56,400 nucleotides of DNA from an uncultured Roseburia sp. (GCA_964422225.1 CAYRAW010000001.1:1-56400), one strand, 5' to 3'. Positions 18,023 to 29,136 are shown, numbered from the stretch's first letter. The notes: generated by a model not told the origin, from the sequence alone. A program made the numbers and translations.

Positions 18023-19855
18023 TTATACACCAATTGGCGATGCTTTTTCTTCATCAAATAAAGCTTCAAATTCCTGCCGGTTGATCTTTTCTTTTTCAAG
18101 CAGAAGTTTAGCGCAGGAATGAAGAACACCTTCATGCTGCATAATAATATCCTTTGCCTTGGCATAACACTCGTCAATGATACGTTTCACTTCCACATCG
18201 ATCTCACCGGCTACTGTTTCAGAATGGCTTCTGGTATGAGCCAGATCTCTGCCAATAAATACCTCATTATCATCTTCATCATAATTAATGACACCGATAT
18301 TATCTGACATACCGTATCTGGTCACCATACTTCTGGCTACCTTGGTCGCTTTCTTGATATCACTGGATGCACCGGTAGTGATATCATCAAAAATGATCTC
18401 CTCTGCAATACGTCCACCCAAGGATACCATAATATCCTGCAGCATCTTACCCTTGGTATTGAACATCTCATCCTTCTCCGGAAGTGGCATGGTATAACCT
18501 GCCGCTCCAAGTCCTGTAGGAATAATAGACACTGTATAAACAGGTCCCACATCCGGCAATACATGGAACAGGATCGCATGTCCTGCCTCATGGTATGCAG
18601 TAATTTTCTTCTCTTTTTCAGAAATGATACGACTCTTCTTTTCAGCACCGATTCCGACTTTGATAAAGGATTTCTTAATATCTTCCTGTACAATAAATGC
18701 ACGGTTATCCTTTGCAGCATGAATTGCCGATTCATTCAGTAAGTTTTCAAGATCCGCACCCGTAAATCCGGCTGTTGTCTGCGCGATCTGTTTCAGATCC
18801 ACATCATCTGACAACGGTTTATTCTTTGCATGTACATTGAGGATCTCTTCTCTGCCCTTAACATCAGGGGGAGCTACTGTGATCTTTCTGTCAAAACGTC
18901 CTGGTCTTAAGATTGCCGGATCAAGAATATCAACGCGGTTCGTAGCAGCCATGACTATGATTCCTTCATTGGTTCCAAAGCCATCCATCTCTACAAGTAA
19001 CTGGTTCAATGTCTGTTCTCTTTCGTCATGTCCACCGCCCATACCAGTGCCTCGCCGTCTGGCAACTGCATCAATTTCATCAATAAATACAATACATGGG
19101 GAGTTCTTCTTCGCATCCGCAAACAGATCACGCACACGGGAAGCCCCCACACCGACGAACATTTCTACGAAATCAGAACCTGATATGGAGAAGAAAGGAA
19201 CCTTTGCCTCTCCTGCAATTGCCTTGGCAAGCAATGTCTTACCTGTACCAGGCGCGCCTTCCAGTAATACACCCTTTGGGATTCTGGCACCAACTTTGGT
19301 GTATTTGCCCGGATCTTTGAGGAAATCAACGATTTCTTCCAGATCTTCCTTCTCTTCTTCCAGCCCCGCAACATCTTTCAGTGTGATCTCGCCACCTGTT
19401 GACAATCTGGCACGGCTCTTTCCAAAATTCATCATTTTACCGCCGCCACTGTTATTGGCATTCTGTGCATTGATCATAACAAACATAAATACACAGAAGA
19501 TCACAACTAACAGGATCGGAAGCATATAAGATAAGAACCAGTTCTCCTGAGGCACATCATCTACCATAGGATCTATATTATACTGTTCCAGCAAATTCTC
19601 TATTTCCACTACATCAGATACATGAAGTGTTCTGATCGTACCACCTGCAAGAGTGATCGTAAGTGTACCTGTAGGAACCTGTGAATTAGGCTGGATCTCT
19701 ACTGCTGTAACCTGACCTTCTTCGAGCTGGGATACAAATTCACCTTTGGTATATTGATCTCCCTTCTCCTTAATGGTACTGACCCATACCGTAACCAACA
19801 GCAAAATTACGATGATGATAAAATAAATGTTAATTCCTTTTGCACTTTTTCCCAC
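18023..19855 (-). CDS. ftsH: ATP-dependent zinc metalloprotease FtsH
   Basis: Two TM helices, Walker [22 protein letters not shown]...RPGRFDR and HEAGH. Confidence 0.97.
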   Translation of the reverse strand: MGKSAKGINIYFIIIVILLLVTVWVSTIKEKGDQYTKGEFVSQLEEGQVTAVEIQPNSQVPTGTLTITLAGGTIRTLHVSDVVEIENLLEQYNIDPMVDDVPQENWFLSYMLPILLVVIFCVFMFVMINAQNANNSGGGKMMNFGKSRARLSTGGEITLKDVAGLEEEKEDLEEIVDFLKDPGKYTKVGARIPKGVLLEGAPGTGKTLLAKAIAGEAKVPFFSISGSDFVEMFVGVGASRVRDLFADAKKNSPCIVFIDEIDAVARRRGTGMGGGHDEREQTLNQLLVEMDGFGTNEGIIVMAATNRVDILDPAILRPGRFDRKITVAPPDVKGREEILNVHAKNKPLSDDVDLKQIAQTTAGFTGADLENLLNESAIHAAKDNRAFIVQEDIKKSFIKVGIGAEKKSRIISEKEKKITAYHEAGHAILFHVLPDVGPVYTVSIIPTGLGAAGYTMPLPEKDEMFNTKGKMLQDIMVSLGGRIAEEIIFDDITTGASSDIKKATKVARSMVTRYGMSDNIGVINYDEDDNEVFIGRDLAHTRSHSETVAGEIDVEVKRIIDECYAKAKDIIMQHEGVLHSCAKLLLEKEKINRQEFEALFDEEKASPIGV

Positions 19856-19888
19856 TTTCTGTCTCCTTCTTCAGCACATTTAATATGA

Positions 19889-20413
19889 TCAGTCAAACTC
19901 TACCACTCCAATATATGGGAGATTTCTATAACGCTGATCATAATCAAGGCCATAACCTACCACGAATTCATCAGGAATATTGAATCCTGTGTAGTCAACC
20001 TTAACATCAACAACACGTCTCTCCGGTTTGTCCAGCATAGTACATAATGCAAGGCTCTTTGGATTTCTCTTGCCTAAAAGTTCCAACAGATAGCTCAGAG
20101 TTCTTCCTGAATCCACGATATCTTCTACAACAATTACATCCTTTCCATCAAGTGGCTCATCCAGATCCTTGATAATCTTGACCACACCACTGGATTTGGT
20201 GCCTCCGCCGTAGCTGGACACTGACATAAAGTCCAGAGAAACAGGAACTGTGATTCTCTTGGCAAGTTCACACATAAAGAAACTGCCGCCCTTTAATACA
20301 CAGATCAGGTGTACCTGTCTGCCTGCATAATCCTTACTGATCTGCTCACCTATCTCACAAATTCTTCGATTGACCTCTTCTTCTGATAACAGAACTCTGA
20401 CTCTTTCAGACAT
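19889..20413 (-). CDS. hpt: hypoxanthine phosphoribosyltransferase
   Basis: Motifs VLKG, VEDIVDSGRTL and FVVGYGLD. Confidence 0.96.
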   Translation of the reverse strand: MSERVRVLLSEEEVNRRICEIGEQISKDYAGRQVHLICVLKGGSFFMCELAKRITVPVSLDFMSVSSYGGGTKSSGVVKIIKDLDEPLDGKDVIVVEDIVDSGRTLSYLLELLGKRNPKSLALCTMLDKPERRVVDVKVDYTGFNIPDEFVVGYGLDYDQRYRNLPYIGVVEFD

Positions 20414-20417
20414 TTTC

Positions 20418-21836
20418 TTACTTCCTCCTTGAGTATTTTATCTGTAAAATATACTTTGTATCTGCACTGACCTTATACCAGTTGCTGATCCTTCTGCCTA
20501 CGATCCACAGGCAATGCTGTCCTTCGGTCACGAGATATACCTGATTCCGGTCTTCCCTGGGCACTTTCTCATCGATAAAATATGCCTTGAGAGACTTCTT
20601 TCGATTGTCTGCATCTATGGTAAAATAATCACCGCTTCTGCGATTTCTAATGACAATATCGCCCTTTATTTTATCATAATCAAACCATTTCGTATACAGC
20701 TTTGAAGGAATTTCTTTCTCATCAAGCTCACTTATATCCAGTATTGTCAGCTCAAAACATCCCTCTGTGGTATCAATTATAAATGAAGTGTCTGATTTTA
20801 AGTCGTCTTTATGTGCAACGCCAAATTCCTCTGATCTGTCGGAAATTAACTGCTGTTTTCTTTTCTCCAGACGAATTCCGTCATACTCCCTGACTGCAAC
20901 TACCTGATATGGAAGATTCATGCTTCGCCCTACCTGTCTGCCAAACAGATCAAGTACCTTATCTACATGTACTGTCTGCAGATCCTTGCGACTTCCCGAC
21001 ACTCTTGCAAGAGCCTCTATGACCACATAGCCTTTGATCGTATTATGCAGTGTGGAAAAAGGAATCTGCGCAATGTGAATCCCCTTTTCATCCTCTGTGA
21101 GACATTCCCTGCAGCCCTGTCCGGTCATATCTTCGATCAATGTATATGCATCTGCTATTTTGGTGCATGCCTCCTGAATATGCATTGTCGCCTGTCCGCT
21201 GATCTCCTCACAAGCCGTCTGCAATATATGATGGCGGATTCGATTTCTAGTATAATTATCCTCCAGATTGGTCCTGTCTATACAGTAGTGTATGCCCTTT
21301 TCTTCAAGATATCTCTCAATTTCTGCTCTGTCTACACATAAAAGCGGGCGTACAATATCATCCCTTACTGCCGGAATTCCCATAAGTCCCTTAAGCCCGC
21401 TGCCACGAAACAGATGAAACAAAAATGTCTCGCAGCAGTCATTCCGGTTATGAGCAATAGCGATCCTGCCACGACGTGTTCCACGGTTTTCCTCTAACAC
21501 TCTGTAAAAGGCATCATAACGTACCTCTCTGCCTGCCTCCTCTGTAGAAATACGCTTCTTTGCTGCAATAGCCGGAACATCTGCCTCCACCAGTGTAAAA
21601 GGAATCTGTCTGCTTCTGCAGAATTCCTCTACATACCCTGCGTCCTCTCCTGCTTCCTGCCTGATTCCATGATTAACATGCACAACATGGATCGTAACAG
21701 GAATCTCCTGACTTATTTCTAAGAGTACACAAAGAAGGCAGATAGAATCCGCTCCGCCGGATACACCTGCCACTACATAATCTCCCTCGGCAAACATATT
21801 CTGTTCTTCTATATATCGTTTTATCCTGTTGATCAT
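20418..21836 (-). CDS. tilS: tRNA(Ile)-lysidine synthetase
   Basis: Motifs SGGADS, HVNHGIR, AH..ND..ET, RPLL and RNRIRH. Confidence 0.95.
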   Translation of the reverse strand: MINRIKRYIEEQNMFAEGDYVVAGVSGGADSICLLCVLLEISQEIPVTIHVVHVNHGIRQEAGEDAGYVEEFCRSRQIPFTLVEADVPAIAAKKRISTEEAGREVRYDAFYRVLEENRGTRRGRIAIAHNRNDCCETFLFHLFRGSGLKGLMGIPAVRDDIVRPLLCVDRAEIERYLEEKGIHYCIDRTNLEDNYTRNRIRHHILQTACEEISGQATMHIQEACTKIADAYTLIEDMTGQGCRECLTEDEKGIHIAQIPFSTLHNTIKGYVVIEALARVSGSRKDLQTVHVDKVLDLFGRQVGRSMNLPYQVVAVREYDGIRLEKRKQQLISDRSEEFGVAHKDDLKSDTSFIIDTTEGCFELTILDISELDEKEIPSKLYTKWFDYDKIKGDIVIRNRRSGDYFTIDADNRKKSLKAYFIDEKVPREDRNQVYLVTEGQHCLWIVGRRISNWYKVSADTKYILQIKYSRRK

Positions 21837-21843
21837 TTGTACC

Positions 21844-23025
21844 TCACATATTTGTTTCCCATATTCCTGCGGTCAGTATGGTCATATCATCCCTTATTCT
21901 GCCTCCCTGACAATTAATTGCATAACGCAGAAGATAATCTGACATTTCCTTGGGATTTGTTGTCTGAAAGCCTGCAATGACTTCCTTTAACTTATTATAC
22001 CCATTTATCGTTTCAAAGCAATCCATGACGCCATCCGACATCAGAATTATCATGTCAGAATCCATCAGTCCGATCGTCTGCGTCATCGGCGTGATCTGTG
22101 TGAGACTTCCAAGCGGCAATGTCTCTGAAACAATCTCATCAACCTGCGTTCCTCTCTTGCGGAAACTGGATGCTGCACCGGCTTTCATAAATTCTGCCTC
22201 GCCATTATGCAGATCTATCTGGCACACATCCAATGTGGTAAGATTACAGCACTGTGCCTGGGAAGCAATTGCCGCGTTGATCATTGTCAGTGCTTTCTCT
22301 TTCTGAAAGCCCGCCTCCAGAAATTTCTCCATAAATTCAATCACACAACGGCTGTCTTCACATGCCTGCTCACCACTTCCCATTCCGTCCGCTATCATAA
22401 GCACTACATTACTTTCTTCACATTCTCCCACGGAATAGTTGTCTCCCGATACTTTCTCATCTTCCTTCACTGCTCTGGACATGGCACTCATCATGGTAAA
22501 ATGAGGCTCATCCTCAAACAGGAAAGTATCATAACTTCTGGTAAGTACAGCAGCACTCTCAAGACAGGAAACCAGCCTTTTATCAAGAAATACCGATAAA
22601 AGTCCTGCTAATTCTTCTGCATCCAGATTTCTCCTGATGCCCTGCCTGGCTACCAGACTCAATCTTCTGTGACCTCCGTCTCCTTCTAAGAAGACCATTT
22701 CCTTGACAATGACCCCCTGCTTCTTCAGGTATTGGATCAATGCCTTTCGTTTATGTTCAACAGGTACACTTACATGCATCACCGTATCTGCGACCTCATT
22801 TACAGCACCTGATATTTCTTCCAGATGTCTTGCAAAGACCATCTTGCTCTCTGTGAGCTGATTACGGTAAAGGATATCTCTGCGAAGCTGTATATTCGCC
22901 TGTTCTTCCGGAATATCCCGATAAAGTCTGGCCAGCTCTCCATAAGTTTGAGAAAGACAGTGGAGCTTTCTCTTGCTGTATTCCGGGAAAAGATAACTTT
23001 CTATATTTTCTAATGCCTTAGACAT
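21844..23025 (-). CDS. spoIIE: SpoIIE-family PP2C phosphatase lacking transmembrane domain
   Basis: Motifs SGDNY, ADGMGSG, TTLD, MSDGV and DDMT; syntenic position between divIC and tilS. Confidence 0.85.
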   Translation of the reverse strand: MSKALENIESYLFPEYSKRKLHCLSQTYGELARLYRDIPEEQANIQLRRDILYRNQLTESKMVFARHLEEISGAVNEVADTVMHVSVPVEHKRKALIQYLKKQGVIVKEMVFLEGDGGHRRLSLVARQGIRRNLDAEELAGLLSVFLDKRLVSCLESAAVLTRSYDTFLFEDEPHFTMMSAMSRAVKEDEKVSGDNYSVGECEESNVVLMIADGMGSGEQACEDSRCVIEFMEKFLEAGFQKEKALTMINAAIASQAQCCNLTTLDVCQIDLHNGEAEFMKAGAASSFRKRGTQVDEIVSETLPLGSLTQITPMTQTIGLMDSDMIILMSDGVMDCFETINGYNKLKEVIAGFQTTNPKEMSDYLLRYAINCQGGRIRDDMTILTAGIWETNM

Positions 23026-23086
23026 TTATGTACGCCCCCTTATGATAATGGTCTCTGAATAATGACCATATGTTTTCGTACCATCA

Positions 23087-23119
23087 AGTATATACGGCGT
23101 ACACTTCGTTTTTTGTCAT
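23087..23119 (-). promoter_or_regulatory. Spo0A-activated sigma-A-type promoter of spoIIE
   Basis: ATGACA (0A-box-like), 21-bp spacer, TATACT. This is the overlong spacing known for B. subtilis spoIIE/spoIIG promoters. Confidence 0.5.
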
Positions 23120-23151
23120 AATTACGTGCAAGTTTTCTTTTTTTTATTGAC

Positions 23152-23191
23152 AAAAACTGCATCCTTACCTGCCGGGGCATGGGATGCAGTC
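23152..23191 (-). terminator. terminator after divIC
   Basis: ACTGCATCC...GGATGCAGT followed by a U-run on the minus strand. Confidence 0.6.
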
Positions 23192-23194
23192 CTG

Positions 23195-23530
23195 TTACTC
23201 TTCTTCTTTAAAAATTATCTCATTATCATATACAAGCCCAAGTTTATCCTTCGCAACTTCTTCCGCATACTTCTTCGTCTTGGTGTAAGTTTCCAGTTCC
23301 TTAAGCTGCTCACTTCTGGCTGTTTCTGCATCGATCTGCTGCTGCAACTCCTGCTCTCTTGTAATGTATTTCGCCTGTTTCTGTTTGAGAGAGATGCTGT
23401 TGATTCCTACAACTGCAACGATCATTACAATTGCGAGAAAAGCCATAGACATACCGAGCCTGTTCTCATTTTTTCTTCGTCGGAACGCAGGTTTTCTTCC
23501 TGTTCTGCTTTTTGCGTAACGATTCGGCAT
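23195..23530 (-). CDS. divIC: septum formation initiator (DivIC/FtsB family)
   Basis: Basic N-terminus, one TM helix, coiled coil and EEVAKDKLGLV..NEIIF. Confidence 0.88.
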   Translation of the reverse strand: MPNRYAKSRTGRKPAFRRRKNENRLGMSMAFLAIVMIVAVVGINSISLKQKQAKYITREQELQQQIDAETARSEQLKELETYTKTKKYAEEVAKDKLGLVYDNEIIFKEEE

Positions 23531-23963
23531 GTTTTTTCTCCCCTTTCTCTTTCTTCTTCGTATAAAAAACTGTTAATTTAATTTTAAAATGATTTATGAT
23601 ACGAGTCAACCTGTTTTTCATAAATCCCCAAAAACGTATGATGGGACTGCACAATTTGCTTATAACAAAATACAGGGCTCTTACATAGAACCTGCCAATC
23701 GTCAGACAGTACAGATACATACCTGCCGCTGCCCCTACAACGGCAAATGCCCTGATCACGCCCTGATTGACGTAATAGAGCAATACAAAGCTTGTCACAA
23801 AACACCATGCCCAATACAGCAGGTCTTCTATATCTACCAGTATCCTGCCATGCTTTATAAGCCTTCTGAAAAGTCTCAGATTATCATAGACCCATGCATA
23901 AGCAAAGCCGGCAGCTACTGCATACCATAGCAGATACCATTCTCTGATGATCGTACTGCTCAT
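23466..23963 (-). CDS. yabQ: spore cortex biosynthesis protein YabQ
   Basis: YD.LR.FRR.I.H...EDLLYW...N.G.IR; synteny with yabP. Confidence 0.88.
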   Translation of the reverse strand: MSSTIIREWYLLWYAVAAGFAYAWVYDNLRLFRRLIKHGRILVDIEDLLYWAWCFVTSFVLLYYVNQGVIRAFAVVGAAAGMYLYCLTIGRFYVRALYFVISKLCSPIIRFWGFMKNRLTRIINHFKIKLTVFYTKKKEKGEKKHAESLRKKQNRKKTCVPTKKK

Positions 23964-23965
23964 AC

Positions 23966-24259
23966 CTAACTAAAAAGGCGCGTAAGCAGCCCCTCACCCT
24001 TCTTCGCCAGCGAACTTCTCTCTGAATAGGCAAAAGAATCTGTTTTGCCTTCTATATCAGTCTCTCCCTTATCAAGATTGATACGGCTGACATGTAATCC
24101 TTCTCCCTTTATCAGGAGCATGCCGTCCACAGTCTCTAAAAGAACTGCATTTTCGTCAAAGGAAAGTACATCCGTTACTCCGCTTACTTTGCATTGCTTT
24201 CTGCCTTCCAAAGAGATCCTGTGCTTTCCTGCTGCATTTACAACGGTAATATCCTCCAC
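23966..24259 (-). CDS. yabP: sporulation protein YabP
   Basis: H.ISLEGR...SGVTDVLSFDE...L.IKGEGLHV; GTG start. Confidence 0.92.
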   Translation of the reverse strand: MEDITVVNAAGKHRISLEGRKQCKVSGVTDVLSFDENAVLLETVDGMLLIKGEGLHVSRINLDKGETDIEGKTDSFAYSERSSLAKKGEGLLTRLFS

Positions 24260-24290
24260 GGCTTTTCCCTTCCGTATTCAGGCTTTATAC

Positions 24291-24320
24291 AGTATATGAG
24301 GGGAATTACCATTTTATGAC
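24291..24320 (-). promoter_or_regulatory. sigma-E-like sporulation promoter of yabPQ
   Basis: GTCATA, 16-bp spacer, CATATACT; yabPQ is sigma-E controlled in B. subtilis. Confidence 0.6.
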
Positions 24321-24321
24321 C

Positions 24322-24561
24322 TTAAATATAACGGAATAATTCTTTCGCTTCTTCTTTTTTTACCGTTTCCTGTACATCCAGCACCTCAACCTTTACATCT
24401 TTATTACCAAATTGTATCGTCAGAATATCCCCTGCCTTCACATTGGCAGATGCTTTTGCAGGTTTATCATTGATCAGTACCCTTCCTGCATCACATGCCT
24501 CATTTGCAACTGTACGACGTTTGATCAGTCTGGATACTTTTAAAAATTTATCTAATCTCAT
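24322..24561 (-). CDS. yabO: S4 RNA-binding protein YabO/RqcP (Hsp15-like)
   Basis: MRLDKFLKVSRLIKRRTVANEACDAGRV. Confidence 0.93.
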   Translation of the reverse strand: MRLDKFLKVSRLIKRRTVANEACDAGRVLINDKPAKASANVKAGDILTIQFGNKDVKVEVLDVQETVKKEEAKELFRYI

Positions 24562-24640
24562 ATTTTCCTCCATCAAACAAAGAAAAGACAACCACCTTGG
24601 TAGTTGTCTCTCCAGATCTCATACTCTTTATTTCAAAAGA

Positions 24641-24916
24641 CTATCTGTTTACTTCATCCTTTAATGCCTTACCAGCCTTGAACTTAGGAGCCTTGGAAGC
24701 ATCAATCTTCATAGTCTCACCTGTCTGAGGATTTCTGCCTTCTCTTGCAGCTCTCTCAGATACTTCAAATGTACCGAAGCCAACTAACTGAACCTTTCCA
24801 CCGTTCTTTAATTCCTTTGCTACAACTTCTGTGAATGCTGTTAAAGCCTTCTCTGCATCCTTTTTAGTCATTTCAGCCTGTTCTGCCATAGCAGCTACTA
24901 ATTCTGTTTTGTTCAT
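24641..24916 (-). CDS. hup: HU family DNA-binding protein
   Basis: MNKTELV...[24 protein letters not shown]...[10 protein letters not shown]. Confidence 0.97.
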   Translation of the reverse strand: MNKTELVAAMAEQAEMTKKDAEKALTAFTEVVAKELKNGGKVQLVGFGTFEVSERAAREGRNPQTGETMKIDASKAPKFKAGKALKDEVNR

Positions 24917-25115
24917 TGTGAACTCCTCCTCTTATACTATTGTGTAGTCTGAGAACAATACCCTCTCCGGTCTATGCCGAAAACTTATGATTGCTCGATT
25001 TTTACGTGTCTGTTCTATCAGAACACCTATATCTATTTATATGCGAAAAACCTTGTTATGTCAAGGGAAAACTGCGTTTTCCCTTGGAAAATCAGCATTT
25101 TTTTGTTTCAACTGC

Positions 25116-26525
25116 TCAGGAATCCAATTTACTGAGTTCTGAGAACGAATAAGTGACATCTTTTTCCTCACTATCCACCTGCAAAGTATAGCTTCTCGTC
25201 TGATAACCGGTCTTGCGGAGAGTGATCACATAGTTACCTGCTTTTTTCTCGAAATCAACAGGTGCGATCCCAATATAATTACCATCCAGATATACCTCTG
25301 CGCCAACCGGAGAATCGATATGCACCTTATAGGATGACCTGGTTGATGCAGTAGTCTGTGTGGACTGTTGTGCAGACTGCTCTGATGCAGACTGGCTTTG
25401 TGCAGACTGATCCTCTGTGCTCTGACTCAGCTGTGTTTCCTGCGTTGTCTGGCTTTGAGTCTGCTGTTCTCCCTCTGGCTGCTCCTGTGTCTCTTCCTGT
25501 GTGCTTTCCTCACTCTTATCCAGCTCTACCGATATACTTGCCGAAGGTTCTGCCACTTTAATATATTGTGCCACAGTATCATATCCCTGTGCAGATACTG
25601 TCATCTGATGCAGCCCATATTCCAGTTCCACCGGTGCAGATGCATCTACATTTCTTCCATCTACTGTAACAGTGGCATTGGCGGGATTTAGTGTAAATAT
25701 GATCTTGCCCTTCTGAACTACCGTGATCTCCACATCTCCCAGATCCCACGCCATTTCCTGATTTCTGACAAAATTGATCTCCTGCGTCGCACTGCTTCCA
25801 TTATGGCTGACTACTACCGTAGAAATTCCTTCCGGAACTACCAGAAGCATATCTTCTGTTATCTTTCTGATAACAGACTGCCCAACCTCTATCCAGCCGC
25901 CTACAAAGTAAGAATCATTCTGCAGTCTGAGATATCCATGTCCTCTGGTAATATTGATCCCATAAATCTGATTATGCCACCCCCATACATCCAGCACATC
26001 CATCTGATTGATATCCATAAGTTCTGCTTCCTGTCCATCGGAAATAACTACCAGATGATTACTGAGACTATAAGAAGTATCTCCTATCGTAAGTGTCTGT
26101 GCTGCTGTATCCAGTACATAATTATTCAAATCTTCATATGTCATGCTATCCTGTGGAATTTTCAGATATGCCAATGTCTTCTTTGGCTTGTAGAACCGCA
26201 CTGTAACAATACTGCCTTCCCGGATCTGTCCCAGAGCGACTGGCTGATCATATTTGTCCAGAAGCTGTGTAGCCCCGTCATATTCCAGTGTATAGCGCTT
26301 TCCCGTTGCCAGATTCTGAAACTGGATGGTCATATTTTCCGTGTCTTTTTTTACCACAAGCGCTGTATCCTGTGAGTCGTAGATTCCCGGTGTTGTGGTA
26401 ATGATACCCGTTACCTGCGCCTGTATGCTCTCCTGTGCATCTGCTCCCGGTTCCATAAAAGAACAGCCTCCTAAAAGCATTGCCAGTCCGATCAGTGTTC
26501 CTGCTAAAATCCCCTTTACTCTCAA
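25116..26525 (-). CDS. PEGA-domain lipoprotein
   Basis: Lipobox LGG-C, PEGA repeats (NPANATVTVDG; SPVGAEVYLDGNYIG.AP) and a Q/S/T-rich linker; probable TTG start. Confidence 0.8.
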   Translation of the reverse strand: MRVKGILAGTLIGLAMLLGGCSFMEPGADAQESIQAQVTGIITTTPGIYDSQDTALVVKKDTENMTIQFQNLATGKRYTLEYDGATQLLDKYDQPVALGQIREGSIVTVRFYKPKKTLAYLKIPQDSMTYEDLNNYVLDTAAQTLTIGDTSYSLSNHLVVISDGQEAELMDINQMDVLDVWGWHNQIYGINITRGHGYLRLQNDSYFVGGWIEVGQSVIRKITEDMLLVVPEGISTVVVSHNGSSATQEINFVRNQEMAWDLGDVEITVVQKGKIIFTLNPANATVTVDGRNVDASAPVELEYGLHQMTVSAQGYDTVAQYIKVAEPSASISVELDKSEESTQEETQEQPEGEQQTQSQTTQETQLSQSTEDQSAQSQSASEQSAQQSTQTTASTRSSYKVHIDSPVGAEVYLDGNYIGIAPVDFEKKAGNYVITLRKTGYQTRSYTLQVDSEEKDVTYSFSELSKLDS

Positions 26526-26618
26526 GTAATTACCCCCATTTTCCACCTAAATTTTTGGGTTTTTTCTGTCTTATTCAGTATATATCCATATCAATTTTAT
26601 GTAAAGTACAAGAATTCA

Positions 26619-27608
26619 TCAACAGATATCTCCGAACAAAGTTCTTATCAGCTTCTGTCTGGCTTGTTCCTGCATCGCCAGAGTCTCTAATTTCTCAATT
26701 GTCTTATCTGGAATTCTGGATTTTCCGGAATTATAATAAAAGTTAACGATCTTCCAGAATTTATCCGGATATGCCAGACGATATGCAAACTGCTGCCGCT
26801 CCCAATCCTCCAGAGGTCTGACTTTTTCATAGGCTTCCAGCATTCTGCTGCCCAAATGCAATGACCAGTCTGTTTTCTCCGATATTTTGCGGAATAACAG
26901 ATACAAGTCCCTGACACCACTGTCTTTTCCAAACCTTTCCAGATTAATGACATATGTGTCATTCCTGTCGAATATCACATTATGATATTGATAATCCCCA
27001 TGATAGTACAGACCTGCCTGTTCAATCCGCTGTCTGTACTGTTCCATATCCTCTCTACACGCCTCATCCGTAACTCTCTGCGCTTTATCCAGAAAATAGT
27101 CATACTGTCGTAACAATGCCCTTTCAAAATCACTCTTGCTCTTTAAATGTCTCAAATAATTCTGAATGTGGCGACATTCTTTCGTATGTTTCTGCATCTC
27201 TTCCGTATAGAGGCTGCGTACAGGCAGCTGCGCCCCACCGGGCGGATTTGCCATTGACATTGCCAGATGAAGTTTAGCCATAAGTGCAAACGCCTGGCGG
27301 ATATCCTCTTCATTCTTATAACTGCATTCTCTGCCTGTAATCTGTTCTTTTAATATATATGTTGTGCCATCTGTATCTTTACAGAACAGTTCACCCTCTT
27401 TATTTCTAAGCAGCATATCTGTACGCACAGTGTCGCGCATGCCAAGCTGTAATGCATTGAGTATCTCCAGTTTATCTGTCCTGCCTTTATACTCTTTCAG
27501 CACTTTACAGCCCTGAGGTGTCTCACATATGATCGTTCCCCTGCCCTTGACTGTACGCACTACTTCAATATCATACTGTTCCAATATACCTACGGCTCTG
27601 TCATTCAT
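26619..27608 (-). CDS. CotS-family spore coat (pseudo)kinase
   Basis: HGDYQYHNV, DLY.LFRK and YPDKFWKIVNFYYNS. Confidence 0.85.
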   Translation of the reverse strand: MNDRAVGILEQYDIEVVRTVKGRGTIICETPQGCKVLKEYKGRTDKLEILNALQLGMRDTVRTDMLLRNKEGELFCKDTDGTTYILKEQITGRECSYKNEEDIRQAFALMAKLHLAMSMANPPGGAQLPVRSLYTEEMQKHTKECRHIQNYLRHLKSKSDFERALLRQYDYFLDKAQRVTDEACREDMEQYRQRIEQAGLYYHGDYQYHNVIFDRNDTYVINLERFGKDSGVRDLYLLFRKISEKTDWSLHLGSRMLEAYEKVRPLEDWERQQFAYRLAYPDKFWKIVNFYYNSGKSRIPDKTIEKLETLAMQEQARQKLIRTLFGDIC

Positions 27609-27668
27609 AACCCAAATTCCCCCCACATAAGATTTTGCACGGATAATTAAGACAATCCGTTTCTCTCT

Positions 27669-27697
27669 ATCTTATTGTGGGGGAATATAGTTTATGC
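27669..27697 (-). promoter_or_regulatory. sporulation sigma (E-like) promoter of the cotS-family gene
   Basis: GCATA, 16-bp spacer, AATAAGAT; same geometry as the yabP promoter. Confidence 0.4.
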
Positions 27698-29020
27698 ATG
27701 ATTTTTTACAAGTTGTGTCAGATATTCTTTTGTATTATGCTCCGGTGTCGCAATGACCTCTTCAAGCAGCTCATTTAATATTTTTCCGATCTCTCTGCCC
27801 TTTGGTATACCTAATGCGATCAGGTCATTTCCGGTAAGTGCCAGCTCTTTTAATGATACACATTGCTTCTTATCCCGGATCTCCTGATACAAGTCCTTGA
27901 CCTGTGCCAGATGTGCTTCCTTCTCCTGCCTCTGATAATCGCTCTGCGCCAGCATATCTGCATGTTTGAATAACAAGATATCCGCAAAATACGACTCTCC
28001 TATGGCATGTATCGCACGTCTGACTGCCCTGGGCGTTGTTTCAATGGGATAATCATGGTACTTTACCAGTTTGCGCACATAGGTAATGGTATCATTATCA
28101 AATTTGAGCCTGCGCAGTATCCTGTCTGCCATTTTCTCTCCCACTCCTGCATGTCCATGGAAATGGTCTATCCCCTGCTCGTCTATAGTCTTAGTGGCAG
28201 GCTTACCGATATCATGTAAAAGAGCAGCAATGCGCATCCCTTTATCAGATGGAGTGTTCAGCATGCAATGCATCAGATGCTCGCCTACTGTATAACAGTG
28301 ATGCGGGTTGTTCTGGGGTGTCTCAAATGCCACATCCAACTCCGGCAAAAATACTCTGGTCATACCTAAATGATATGCCTCTCTGATATAATCGGGATGG
28401 GCGGACTTCAACAGTTTTACCAGTTCTGTCTGTATCCTTTCTGCACTGATATGGGACAGATTGGGCGCTAATTGCTCTATTGCAGCCTTCGTATTGTCCT
28501 CGATTTCAAATCCCAACTGCGCTGAAAAACGCACTGCACGCATCATACGAAGTGCATCCTCTGTAAAACGCTCTGTTGCTTCACCAACGCAGCGGATCAC
28601 GCCATCGGTAAGATCCTTCATTCCGTCAAAGGCATCCACAATACCGCTCCTGTCGTTATAGGCAAACGCATTGATCGTAAAATCACGCCTTTTAAGATCC
28701 TCGATTAAATTTGCAGTAAAAATGACTTCCTTGGGATGTCTGCTGTCTTCATACTCCCCGTCTATCCGATAGGTTGTTACTTCAAAGCCTTCTTTTCCAA
28801 GCATAACGGTTACTGTACCATGCTGAATCCCGGTATCGATGGTTCGTGGGAATACCGCTTTTACCTCCAGTGGTCTGGCTGAGGTCGTAATATCCCAGTC
28901 ATCCGGTTTTCTGCCAAGAAGTGAGTCCCTGACGCAGCCACCTACAGCATATGCCTCGTATCCGGCTTCCTCCAGCGCATGAATAATATATTGAACCTTC
29001 TCAGGTAACTGTATCTGCAT
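27692..29020 (-). CDS. cca: CCA-adding tRNA nucleotidyltransferase with HD domain
   Basis: VGGCVRD, D.DITT, RRDFTINA, EDALRMMRAVRF and LLHDIGKP. Confidence 0.92.
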   Translation of the reverse strand: MQIQLPEKVQYIIHALEEAGYEAYAVGGCVRDSLLGRKPDDWDITTSARPLEVKAVFPRTIDTGIQHGTVTVMLGKEGFEVTTYRIDGEYEDSRHPKEVIFTANLIEDLKRRDFTINAFAYNDRSGIVDAFDGMKDLTDGVIRCVGEATERFTEDALRMMRAVRFSAQLGFEIEDNTKAAIEQLAPNLSHISAERIQTELVKLLKSAHPDYIREAYHLGMTRVFLPELDVAFETPQNNPHHCYTVGEHLMHCMLNTPSDKGMRIAALLHDIGKPATKTIDEQGIDHFHGHAGVGEKMADRILRRLKFDNDTITYVRKLVKYHDYPIETTPRAVRRAIHAIGESYFADILLFKHADMLAQSDYQRQEKEAHLAQVKDLYQEIRDKKQCVSLKELALTGNDLIALGIPKGREIGKILNELLEEVIATPEHNTKEYLTQLVKNHA

Positions 29021-29136
29021 AATTTGTCAACGCCTTTCTATATCCTGTTGTTTATTGTACCCAATGTGGTTCGTTTCGTCAAACACATAAAAAAAGCACA
29101 GCCTGTAACAGCCATGCTCTCTATCATGTATTTTGA

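Noticed and set aside
23466..23530. 65-bp yabQ/divIC overlap as a frameshift
   Set aside because: Both ORFs are complete and divIC has its own RBS; the basic tail of YabQ simply reflects the overlap.
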